This document shows positions 17,637-26,287 of a DNA stretch of 64,000 nucleotides, one piece after another. The stretch is taken from assembly GCA_030588745.1 (NCBI GenBank), contig JAUUXB010000003.1:9358-73357 (forward strand), given 5' to 3'. The notes under the pieces were generated by a model. That model did no database searches. It was not told where the DNA came from and saw nothing but the letters and a program-made list of their open reading frames with translations. Position numbers and translations under genes: made by a program. Source of the DNA: a bacterium. GTDB lineage: Bacteria > Patescibacteriota > Minisyncoccia > Minisyncoccales > JANBVM01. Numbering within the stretch: position 1 is the first letter of the stretch; each line of letters opens with the position of its first letter.

Positions 17637-18767
17637 ATGTTGGAATATTTTAGTATAAAACGGGAAGTATTTGGACTAGACATATCTAATTTGTCATTGA
17701 AAATTGCCCAGATTAAAAAGAAAGAAGGGAAATTAAAGCTTGTTTCTTTTGGAGAAACAAAAGTAGAACCAGGTATAATCAAAAATGGAGAAATCATTGA
17801 TGATAATAAACTAGCCAGAACAATTGAAACAGCTATCAGACAGGTAAAAGGAGAAAAAATAAACACAAAGTATGTAATTGCTTCTTTGCCAGAGGAAAAG
17901 GCATTTTTGCAAGTAATTCAAATGCCAAAAGTTCCAAAAGAAGATTTGGGTTCAGCTGTAATCTATGAAGCTGAAAACTATATACCTACTGCCCTAGAAC
18001 AAGTTTATTTAGATTTTCAAATCGTGCCGCCAATAAAGAATCATCTGGACCATTATGATGTTTTAATTGCTGCTCTGCCTAAAGAAATAGTTAATCCTTA
18101 TGCTTCATCTTTAAAATTAGCAGGATTAGAACCTGTTGTTTTGGAAATAGAATCTTTAGCTATTGTTAGAGCTTTAGTAAAAGACGAACTAACAACCTTA
18201 CCTATTCTTTTAATTGATTTTGGAGCCACAAGAACCAGCTTTATCATATTTTCAGGTCATTCTTTAAGATTTACTTCCTCAATTTCAGTCTCTTCAAATA
18301 CCCTTACTGAAATAATTATGAAAGCTCTAGATGTGAGTCAAAAAAAAGCAGAAGATCTAAAAATTAAACACGGCTTAACAGGAAAAACTAAAGCAAATAC
18401 TCGTAAGATAGCAACAAAAAAAGAAGAGGGGGAAATATTTGAGGCACTTATCCCAGCTTTAGTTGATTTAACCCAGCAAATTAAAAAACACCTGGAATAC
18501 TACCAAACTCATGCTGGTCATGAACATTTAGCGTCTGAGAATAAAAATGTTTCAAAAATTATTCTTTGCGGAGGAGGTTCAAATCTCAAAGGGCTTCCTG
18601 AATTACTTTCAATGGAATTAAAACTACCTGTTGAAATTGGGAATCCTTGGATAAATATTTTGAAAGAAGAAAATGAAGCAACCGAACTAACAAAGGAACA
18701 ATCCCTGGCATATACTACTGCGTTGGGATTAGCGCTAAAAGCAATAAAAGAAAATAATGGACTATAA
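17637..18767 (+). CDS. pilM: Type IV pilus assembly protein PilM (actin-like ATPase fold)
   Basis: VFGLDISNLSLKIAQI, LIDFGATRTSFII and CGGGSNLKGLPELLS are typical of PilM/FtsA-like proteins. Confidence 0.85.
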   Translation: MLEYFSIKREVFGLDISNLSLKIAQIKKKEGKLKLVSFGETKVEPGIIKNGEIIDDNKLARTIETAIRQVKGEKINTKYVIASLPEEKAFLQVIQMPKVPKEDLGSAVIYEAENYIPTALEQVYLDFQIVPPIKNHLDHYDVLIAALPKEIVNPYASSLKLAGLEPVVLEIESLAIVRALVKDELTTLPILLIDFGATRTSFIIFSGHSLRFTSSISVSSNTLTEIIMKALDVSQKKAEDLKIKHGLTGKTKANTRKIATKKEEGEIFEALIPALVDLTQQIKKHLEYYQTHAGHEHLASENKNVSKIILCGGGSNLKGLPELLSMELKLPVEIGNPWINILKEENEATELTKEQSLAYTTALGLALKAIKENNGL

Positions 18768-18770
18768 TAC

Positions 18771-19325
18771 ATGATTAATTTACTGCCAGAGGAGCAAAAA
18801 CAAAAGCTTTTGGAAGAAGAACATTTTAGACTGACTTTGATTTTGGGAACTCTTTTTATTTGTTTTTTAGTTTGCTTGTCTTTAATTCTTTTTCTAATAA
18901 AGAATTATACTTCGTGGGATTTGGAAGCTGAAAAAATATTGCTGTCCCAAAAAGAAAAAACTCTCTCTTTAAATCAGGACTTAGAAAAAGAAATAAAGCA
19001 GTCAAATATCTTTCTTTTTGAGCTAGACTCTTTTTATGGACAAGTAATAGGTGTAACTCAGGTTTTAGAAATTGTGGATGGAACTCTTCCTGCTAAAGTT
19101 TACTTAACGAGTTTTGATTTTATACTTCCAAGAACAAAAGGTAAAGACAAACCGCGTATATCCATAAGTGGTTTTAGTCCTGACAGAAACACCTTATTAA
19201 ACTTTCAAGAGAATCTAAAAAATGAACAATCCTTCTCTGATATTTATGTTTCTCCTGAAAGTTGGATAGAGCCAGAAAATCTTGATTTTGATATTAGTTT
19301 TAGGTTTAACAAGGAAATTCAATGA
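18771..19325 (+). CDS. pilN: PilN-like pilus assembly protein
   Basis: Starts with MINLLPEE (the INLLP motif), followed by a single TM helix. Confidence 0.7.
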   Translation: MINLLPEEQKQKLLEEEHFRLTLILGTLFICFLVCLSLILFLIKNYTSWDLEAEKILLSQKEKTLSLNQDLEKEIKQSNIFLFELDSFYGQVIGVTQVLEIVDGTLPAKVYLTSFDFILPRTKGKDKPRISISGFSPDRNTLLNFQENLKNEQSFSDIYVSPESWIEPENLDFDISFRFNKEIQ

Positions 19326-19897
19326 CTTTAAAAAACAGGGTTAAACTATCACTGGCTATCTTTGTTACTTTAAGCATTTTTATGATTGTTTTTTTAATTT
19401 ATCCTCTTTTCAAAGATATAAAAGAAAATGCTGCAGAATTATCTTTGAAAAAACAGGGTTCGCTTTACCTTGACACTAAACTGGAAAATATTGAAGAGTT
19501 TCGAAGAGGTTATAAAGAGATAAAGGCAAACTTAGAAAAAGGTGAAAATTTATTTGTTAATTCAGAGGCACCTGTTGATTTTATTGGTTTTTTAGAGGAC
19601 ATCTCAGAGGATTCTAATGTTTCTATTAAAATTTCTCCTTCTGAACCAACAAAAAAAACAGGTGATTCATGGTATTCAATTATTTTCCAAGTTAATGCTG
19701 TTTCCAGTTTCCCTAATTTGTTAAGATTTATTGAAAAAATGGAATCTGGTCCTTATTTAATTCAGATTGAGAGTATAAATATAACTCGCTTAGCTCTAGA
19801 GAATTTAAAATCAAAAGAATTACAAGCATATTCTGTTGGTGATGCTAGTGCCAGTTTTTCAATCAAAGCATTTGCTAATCAAGTTTCCAAGCTATGA
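19322..19897 (+). CDS. PilO-like bitopic membrane protein
   Basis: N-terminal TM helix, then a coiled coil and a small alpha/beta domain. Position after pilN, with overlapping stop/start. Confidence 0.5.
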   Translation: MTLKNRVKLSLAIFVTLSIFMIVFLIYPLFKDIKENAAELSLKKQGSLYLDTKLENIEEFRRGYKEIKANLEKGENLFVNSEAPVDFIGFLEDISEDSNVSIKISPSEPTKKTGDSWYSIIFQVNAVSSFPNLLRFIEKMESGPYLIQIESINITRLALENLKSKELQAYSVGDASASFSIKAFANQVSKL

Positions 19898-20196
19898 AAA
19901 AACTAAAGGCAGTTAAATTAAAACAAATAAAAGCTTTTATTAAAAAACTGCCCAAAAAGCTAGCAGGAAAAGCGTTTCTTACTTTTTTGGGACTTTTTGT
20001 GCTGTCTTTAATATTTGGCGGTCTCATATTTTACAGATATAGTATTATTCCCCAGCCAGAACCTGTAGAAGAAGGAGAGGTGGGATTAAAATTCAAATCA
20101 GAATTATATCAGAAAATTCTAGAAGTCTGGCAAAATAAAGAAGAGCGATTTGAGAAAACTGCCACCAAACAATATTTAAACCTTTTTATTAGGTAG
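19894..20196 (+). CDS. Small single-pass membrane protein, last gene of the pilus operon
   Basis: 100-aa ORF with a basic N-terminus and a TM helix (AFLTFLGLFVLSLIFGGLIFY), coupled to the upstream gene. Confidence 0.4.
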   Translation: MKKLKAVKLKQIKAFIKKLPKKLAGKAFLTFLGLFVLSLIFGGLIFYRYSIIPQPEPVEEGEVGLKFKSELYQKILEVWQNKEERFEKTATKQYLNLFIR

Positions 20197-20284
20197 CAGA
20201 ATTATTTTAAAAACAAGAAAGGGTTTGATTTTTTTTGATTTTAAGCTAAAATAATGGTATCCTTTTATCCTAAAAGTCTCCTAT

Positions 20285-20358
20285 GCCCTTGTAGCTTAAC
20301 TGGAAAAAGCAAGACCCTTCTAAGGTCGAGAGTGCAGGTCCGAGTCCTGCCAAGGGCA
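20285..20358 (+). tRNA. tRNA-Arg (anticodon UCU)
   Basis: Acceptor GCCCTTG/CAAGGGC, D arm GCTT/AAGC, anticodon arm AGACC-CTTCTAA-GGTCG, T arm GCAGG-TCCGAGT-CCTGC, discriminator A. No CCA is encoded. Confidence 0.8.
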
Positions 20359-20402
20359 CATATTTTCAGAAAGAGAAAATTGAATAAATTATTTTAAAAC
20401 TT

Positions 20403-20669
20403 ATGTTAATCCCAAAGAAAAAAGAAAAGATTATAAAAGAGCATAAAAAGCACGGACAAGATACTGGATCTAGTGAGGTTCAGATTGCTTTACTTTCTGA
20501 GCAGATTAAAGAACTTTTAGCGCATTTAAAAAAACACCCCAAAGACCTTCATTCAAAAAAGGGATTATTAAAAATGGTTTCAAAAAGAAGAAAGCTTTTA
20601 AAATTCTTAAAAAATGAAAGCACAAGAAGATATAATGCAATTATTAAAAAAGTGGGTCTTAAAAAATAG
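20403..20669 (+). CDS. rpsO: 30S ribosomal protein S15
   Basis: 88 aa with GQDTGSSEVQIALLSEQIKELLAHLKKHPKDLHSKKGLLKMVSKRRKLLKFL, which is canonical S15 sequence. Confidence 0.92.
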   Translation: MLIPKKKEKIIKEHKKHGQDTGSSEVQIALLSEQIKELLAHLKKHPKDLHSKKGLLKMVSKRRKLLKFLKNESTRRYNAIIKKVGLKK

Positions 20670-20671
20670 CT

Positions 20672-21175
20672 ATGACAATGAAACATGCTAGCCAAAGAAT
20701 AGCGCTTTTTATTGATGTTCAGAATCTTTATCATTCTGCAAAGAACCTTTATAGTTCACGGGTTAATTTTAATGAAATTTTAAAAACAGCGGTTAGCGGA
20801 AGAAGTTTAATAAGAGCTTTTGCCTATGTGGTTAGCACAAAAACTGGTGAAGAAAAGCCTTTTTTTGAAGCTTTAACAAAGCTTGGCATTGAAACAAGAG
20901 TACGTGAATTGCAGGAATTTTATGGCGGTGCGAAAAAAGCTGACTGGGATGTAGGCATGACTGTTGATGCTATCAGGATTTCTCCTACAATAGACACAAT
21001 TGTTCTGGCTTCTGGAGACGGTGATTTTCTTCAGTTAATTGAATATTTAAAAAATCGAGGTAAAAGAGTTGAAGTGATTGCTTTTGGCAGGTCAGCTTCT
21101 TCAATGCTGAAAAAAGAGGCTGATGAATTCATTGATATAGACAAAAGCCCAAGAAAATATTTATTAAAAAAGTAG
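20672..21175 (+). CDS. NYN-domain (LabA/DUF88-like) putative RNase
   Basis: RIALFIDVQNLYHSAK and LASGDGDFLQLIEYLKNRGKRVEVIAF match the NYN/LabA acidic motifs. Confidence 0.75.
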   Translation: MTMKHASQRIALFIDVQNLYHSAKNLYSSRVNFNEILKTAVSGRSLIRAFAYVVSTKTGEEKPFFEALTKLGIETRVRELQEFYGGAKKADWDVGMTVDAIRISPTIDTIVLASGDGDFLQLIEYLKNRGKRVEVIAFGRSASSMLKKEADEFIDIDKSPRKYLLKK

Positions 21176-21186
21176 TTGAATTATCT

Positions 21187-23331
21187 GTGTCTGAAAAATT
21201 TAAACTAGAAATCGCAAAAAGAAATCTAACAGCTGAAATTACAGATTTAACAGAACAAAGTAATGGTTCTGTTTTTGTTCAGTATGGAGAAACAATGCTT
21301 CTGGCAACAGCCGTAATGTCAACCAGAGAAACCAATCTTGATTACTTTCCACTTAGCGTTAACTATGAAGAGAAGTTTTATGCTGCTGGTAAGATTAAAG
21401 GCCCAAGATACATAAAGCGAGAAGGCAGACCCACAGATGAAGCAATTTGTAATTCCAGGTTAATTGACAGAGCTATCAGGCCTTTGTTTGATAAAAAGCT
21501 GAAAAGAGATATCCAGGTTATAACAACTATTCTTTCCTGGGATGGAGAAAATGATCCTGATATTTTAGGTCTTTTAGCAGCATCTTTAGCTCTTTCAATA
21601 TCTGATATTCCATGGCAGGGACCTTTAGCAACAGTAAGGATAGGAAGAGTTGAAGATAAATTTATCCTCAATCCAACTTATGAACAGCTTGAGAAAAGTG
21701 ATATGAATATTGTTTTTACTGCAGTGGAAAAAGAAAAAGAGATTTTGATTAATATGATTGAAGGAAACTTCAATGAAGTGAATGATTCTTTAATTTTAGA
21801 TGCATATAAGTCTGCAGAACCTTATCTTAAAAAAATAATTGATTTTGAGAATAAAATCATAGAAAAAAAAGGAAAAGAAAAAATTGTTATAGCAGAACCT
21901 GTAAAAGAAATTGAATTGGAAAATGAAGTTAACAAGATTTTAAAAGATAAATTAGAAAAAGCGCTTTTTCAAAAAGATAAAAAACTAAGAAAGCACGAAA
22001 TCAGTCAGTTAAAAGAAGAAGTAATTGTTTTCGCAAAAGATAATTATCCGGAGAAAATCAGTCGTGCTGTTGAGTTCTTTGACGAACAAGTCAGGAAAAT
22101 TGTTAGAACTAATATATTGGAGAAAGAAAAAAGAATTGATGGAAGAAAATTAGATGAAATAAGAAAGCTTGATTCTAGTGTGGGTCTTATTCCAAGAACT
22201 CATGGCTCTGGCATATTTTTAAGAGGGCAGACAAAATCTCTGTCAATCCTTACTTTAGGTGCTCCTGGCGACGTACAGCTGCTTGAAGGCATGGAAATTG
22301 TAGGGAAGAAACGTTTCATGCATCACTATAACTTTCCTCCTTATTCAGTAGGAGAAACAAGGCCCATCAGAGGACCAGGTAGAAGAGAGATTGGTCATGG
22401 TGTTTTAGCTGAAAAATCCTTGGCTCCTTTAATTCCTTCCTCTGATGAATTTCCTTATACAATAAGGATTGTTTCTGAGATATTGTCTTCTAATGGTTCA
22501 ACAAGCATGGCTTCTGTTTGCAGCTCCTCTTTAGCACTGATGGATGCTGGAGTTCCGATAAAAGCTCCTGTGGCTGGAATCTCCATAGGCCTGGTTGTTG
22601 AATCTGGGGTAAAATTCCTAAACAGTCAGACCAATTACAAGATTTTAACTGATATTCAGGGACCTGAAGATCATAATGGTGATATGGATTTTAAATTAGC
22701 AGGCACAAGAAAAGGAGCAACAGCAATCCAGATGGATATAAAGGTTGGAGGAATCACAGAAAAGATATTGAAAGAATCACTGGAAAAAGCAAAGAAATCA
22801 AGGATTGAGATTTTAAATGAAATGAAAAAAACTTTAGAGAAACCAAGGCCAGGGCTTTCTCCTTATGCTCCAAGAATTTTGGTTGTTCAGATTAATCCAG
22901 AGAAAATTGGAAAGGTTATTGGGCCAGGCGGAAAAGTAATAAATGAAATAATTGAAGAATGCAATGTTTCTATTGATATTGAAGAGTCAGGAAAAGTTTT
23001 CATTACCGCAGAAAAAGAAGAAGCTGCAAAAAAAGCTGTTTCCTGGATAAAGAATATTACAAGAGAAGTAAAAGTAGGAGAGGTTTTTCAGGGAAAGATA
23101 ACAAGAATTTTGGATTTTGGAGCTTTTGTTGAAATACTTCCTGGACAAGAAGGTTTAATTCATATTTCAAAACTAGCGCCCTACAGGGTGAAAAAAGTTA
23201 CAGATGTTGTTAAAATAGGAGATGTGGTAGAAGTAAAGATAATTTTTATTGATGCGCAAGGAAGAATAGATTTGTCTTTAAATAAAAAAGATAAATATAA
23301 GAAGTATGTCAAATCACATAGAAGAAAATAA
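21187..23331 (+). CDS. pnp: Polyribonucleotide nucleotidyltransferase (PNPase)
   Basis: Two RNase PH domains, a KH domain (IGKVIGPGGKVINEI) and an S1 domain (GEVFQGKITRILDFGAFVEILPGQEGLIHIS). GTG start. Confidence 0.93.
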   Translation: MSEKFKLEIAKRNLTAEITDLTEQSNGSVFVQYGETMLLATAVMSTRETNLDYFPLSVNYEEKFYAAGKIKGPRYIKREGRPTDEAICNSRLIDRAIRPLFDKKLKRDIQVITTILSWDGENDPDILGLLAASLALSISDIPWQGPLATVRIGRVEDKFILNPTYEQLEKSDMNIVFTAVEKEKEILINMIEGNFNEVNDSLILDAYKSAEPYLKKIIDFENKIIEKKGKEKIVIAEPVKEIELENEVNKILKDKLEKALFQKDKKLRKHEISQLKEEVIVFAKDNYPEKISRAVEFFDEQVRKIVRTNILEKEKRIDGRKLDEIRKLDSSVGLIPRTHGSGIFLRGQTKSLSILTLGAPGDVQLLEGMEIVGKKRFMHHYNFPPYSVGETRPIRGPGRREIGHGVLAEKSLAPLIPSSDEFPYTIRIVSEILSSNGSTSMASVCSSSLALMDAGVPIKAPVAGISIGLVVESGVKFLNSQTNYKILTDIQGPEDHNGDMDFKLAGTRKGATAIQMDIKVGGITEKILKESLEKAKKSRIEILNEMKKTLEKPRPGLSPYAPRILVVQINPEKIGKVIGPGGKVINEIIEECNVSIDIEESGKVFITAEKEEAAKKAVSWIKNITREVKVGEVFQGKITRILDFGAFVEILPGQEGLIHISKLAPYRVKKVTDVVKIGDVVEVKIIFIDAQGRIDLSLNKKDKYKKYVKSHRRK

Positions 23332-25678
23332 CAAAGAAAAAGAAAAAGAGTTAAAGTTCCTTAAAGCAAAAATTAAAACCCCTCTAGAAAGGGCTCAGGA
23401 AAAGTTAAGAAGAACTCCTCTGGATGAAACCAGCGGTTTTTCAAACCAAGAACAAAAACAAGCACCCGAACCGAAACCAGCCCAAGCACCAACACCAGAG
23501 GCAAAACCATTAGAAGAAATTCCTCCTGAGCCAATTAAAAAAGAAGAGGTTTCAGTATCACCAACGCCAGAGCCAAAACCAGAACCAAAACCAACACCAA
23601 CACCAGCACCAGAGCCAACCCCACCAGTATCAACACAACAAGCAAAAGAAGAATTAAAACAAGCTTTAGAAGAAAAACCAAGTCTAAAAGAAGCGATGCC
23701 TGAACTAAAACCACAGGAGTCAGCGCCTGAAAGAAAAGAGGAGCCTTCTTTTGAGAAACCAATAACACTCAAACCAGAAGAAGAAAAGTTAGAACGTTTG
23801 AAAAGAGAAGAAATACGAACAATGAAAAAAGATGTTAAAAGCTCAAGAGAGCTTGAAGTTAAAAAAGAAAGGGAAAGAATTGTTGGATTGCAGGCTGAAA
23901 CAAAAAAACCAGGAATCACACCTGAAACAAGGCCAGGGGTCGTACCAGAACCAACGAAAGAAGAATTGCTTATTCCTAAACCACCCAAGAGACCATCGCC
24001 ACTGAAAAAAATCTTTGTAAGGGTTGGTATTTTTGGTCTTGTTGTTTTAATTATAGGTTTTGTTTATTGGTTTCTCACTCAAAAACAGCAATTAACAATA
24101 GATGAAGAAGTTTCTCAAGAAGAACAAGAAATTCCAGAAGAGGTTGTTGAAGAACCGGAGATTGTTATACCTGAATCTTTGATTACTATTAAAGACGCCC
24201 TTACTTTTAATGCTACTGATACTGAGGGTATAAAAGATATTTACAGTCAAGTAACAAGTGAAGTTTTAGAAGAGAATGAATTTGTGCGCATTGTGATTAA
24301 AAACGAACAAGAGAAACGGGTGATGACTCTAAGCGAAATTACTGAAAGCTTTCAATTAACAATCCCAATTGATGTCTTGGAAAACTTAAAAACAGATGTA
24401 TTTAATTTATTAGTTTATCCCCAAGAGCATGGTAAAAGAGGGGTTATTATTGTTGAAATCAAAGATAAGGAAAAGTTAAACTCATCACTTCTAAATTGGG
24501 AAAATAACATAATTACAAATGGACTCCTGGTTTCTGGAAACAAGATTATTACTCTATCAACCAAATTTAAAGATTATGCTTTTGAAAACACTCCTTTCCG
24601 CTTTTTAACTCTTTCAATGAATGATTTGGGAATTTGTTATGCTATGGTTGATAATTATTTTATCCTGAGTACTTCTTTTAAAAGCATAGAAGAATCAATA
24701 AAAGCAGTGAAGGAACAAGCTATAATTGCTGATTTAAAGAATAAGGCTGGTCAAATGTTTATTGTTGGTTTTGAAGGGAAAACGCTCAGTTCCCAGCTTG
24801 AACAGTTCATAAAAAATTACAAGCCAGGAGGAGTGCTCCTTCTTTCAAAAAATATTGAAAGTCAAGAACAGTTAAAAACCTTAATTACTGAACTTCAGGA
24901 TCTTTCAAAAAAAGAAACTGGGCTGCCGCTTTTCATTGCTGTTGACCAGGAAGGGGGTTCAGTTTCAAGAATAGAATTTCTAACAGAAAAAACTGCTCAA
25001 TCAAACATCTCAACTGCTAATTATGCTTATGCAGTAGGACTAAAAAGGGGTGAAGAATTAAAGGAATTAGGAGTAAATCTTAATTTGTCACCTGTTTTAG
25101 ATAATGCCCAGGATAATGACTTTATTTATGACCGCTCATTTCAAAAAACTCTTAGTTTATCAGGAGAACTGGCTAAATCACTTATTACAGGACAAAAAGA
25201 AACTGGCATTTTAACTGCTATCAAGCATTTCCCGGGATACGTAGGTATTGATTTTAATCCAGAGGAAAAATTAGCAACCACCAACCTACCAGAAATATCT
25301 CAGTTTAAAAAAGCGGTTGAGGCAATACCTGAAATGGTTATGATATCAAATGCCATTTATCAAGATATTGATCCAGTTCTACCCTTTTCGTTTTCTTCAA
25401 CCAGTATTGAGTTTTTAAAAAGTGAGTTGGGTTCTGATATTTTAATTATTTCTGATGACTTATCTCAGAATTCTTTGCTTGATAATTTTAGTTTAAAGCA
25501 AATAGTGACTAAGCCAGTTTCAGCTGGAGTTGATATGTTGATTTTTTCTGGTTGGAGAAGTCCTGTTGAAAACGCTTTAGATGAATTCTTAAAAGCAGTA
25601 GAACAAAAACAAATTTCAGAAAGTACTATTACTAACGCTTTTTCAAAAATCAGCCAACTTAAACAAGGATTAGAATAA
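23306..25678 (+). CDS. Membrane-anchored glycoside hydrolase family 3 (NagZ-like beta-N-acetylhexosaminidase) with a long Pro/Glu/Lys-rich N-terminal region
   Basis: About 240 aa of low-complexity sequence (PEPKPEPKPTPTPAPEP), a TM helix (VGIFGLVVLIIGFVYWFL), then GH3 motifs GQMFIVGFEG, AVDQEGGSVSRI and KHFPGYV. Confidence 0.75.
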   Translation: MSNHIEENNKEKEKELKFLKAKIKTPLERAQEKLRRTPLDETSGFSNQEQKQAPEPKPAQAPTPEAKPLEEIPPEPIKKEEVSVSPTPEPKPEPKPTPTPAPEPTPPVSTQQAKEELKQALEEKPSLKEAMPELKPQESAPERKEEPSFEKPITLKPEEEKLERLKREEIRTMKKDVKSSRELEVKKERERIVGLQAETKKPGITPETRPGVVPEPTKEELLIPKPPKRPSPLKKIFVRVGIFGLVVLIIGFVYWFLTQKQQLTIDEEVSQEEQEIPEEVVEEPEIVIPESLITIKDALTFNATDTEGIKDIYSQVTSEVLEENEFVRIVIKNEQEKRVMTLSEITESFQLTIPIDVLENLKTDVFNLLVYPQEHGKRGVIIVEIKDKEKLNSSLLNWENNIITNGLLVSGNKIITLSTKFKDYAFENTPFRFLTLSMNDLGICYAMVDNYFILSTSFKSIEESIKAVKEQAIIADLKNKAGQMFIVGFEGKTLSSQLEQFIKNYKPGGVLLLSKNIESQEQLKTLITELQDLSKKETGLPLFIAVDQEGGSVSRIEFLTEKTAQSNISTANYAYAVGLKRGEELKELGVNLNLSPVLDNAQDNDFIYDRSFQKTLSLSGELAKSLITGQKETGILTAIKHFPGYVGIDFNPEEKLATTNLPEISQFKKAVEAIPEMVMISNAIYQDIDPVLPFSFSSTSIEFLKSELGSDILIISDDLSQNSLLDNFSLKQIVTKPVSAGVDMLIFSGWRSPVENALDEFLKAVEQKQISESTITNAFSKISQLKQGLE

Positions 25679-25685
25679 TAAAATT

Positions 25686-26051
25686 ATGGATAAAAAAACT
25701 ATTAAACAATTTAAAGAAAGATTAGAAAAAGAAAAAAAACAGATTGAAAAACAGTTTAAAACTTTTGCTGACAAGGATGAAAATGTAAAAGGTGATTGGG
25801 ACACCAGGTTTCCTAAATGGAATGGTGGTTCTGGCGGTTCAGCTCTAGAAACTGCAGCTGATGCAGTTGAGGAATACAGCACTCTTTTACCAATAGAGCA
25901 TACTTTAGAACTCAGGCTCCAAAATATTAATAATGCCTTAGAAAAGATAAAAAAAGGACAGTATGGAGTTTGTGAAAAATGCAAAAAAAAGATTCCTGAT
26001 AAAAGATTAGAAGTTTATCCAGAAGCAGGGGTTTGTTTGAAATGTAAATAA
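25686..26051 (+). CDS. DksA/TraR-family C4 zinc-finger protein
   Basis: Coiled-coil N-terminus and CEKCKKKIPDKRLEVYPEAGVCLKC at the C-terminus. Confidence 0.75.
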   Translation: MDKKTIKQFKERLEKEKKQIEKQFKTFADKDENVKGDWDTRFPKWNGGSGGSALETAADAVEEYSTLLPIEHTLELRLQNINNALEKIKKGQYGVCEKCKKKIPDKRLEVYPEAGVCLKCK

Positions 26052-26126
26052 AAATGGTCTCAACTCTGATTTTTCTTCTTTCTATGCAGCCTTCCAGTTT
26101 TTGTTAAAGATTTATAAATCAAAACT

Positions 26127-26146
26127 GCCCAGTAATGGGCTTTTTT
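26127..26146 (+). terminator. Intrinsic terminator after the dksA-like gene
   Basis: GCCCA-gtaa-TGGGC followed by TTTTTT. Confidence 0.55.
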
Positions 26147-26168
26147 AAATGGGAATTTTTAATTTTAT

Positions 26169-26197
26169 TTGACAATTCTTTGATAAAATATTATAGT
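26169..26197 (+). promoter_or_regulatory. Near-consensus sigma70 promoter for the hexapeptide-repeat gene
   Basis: TTGACA, 17-nt spacer, TATAGT. An AAAGAGG ribosome-binding site precedes the ATG at 26288. Confidence 0.55.
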
Positions 26198-26287
26198 ATT
26201 GACAGTACAAATAAGCCTATACTAAACTCTCAAGTACTACGCTTCAGGGATTAATCAGGCAAGTACATAAAAATTAAAGAGGCGAGA

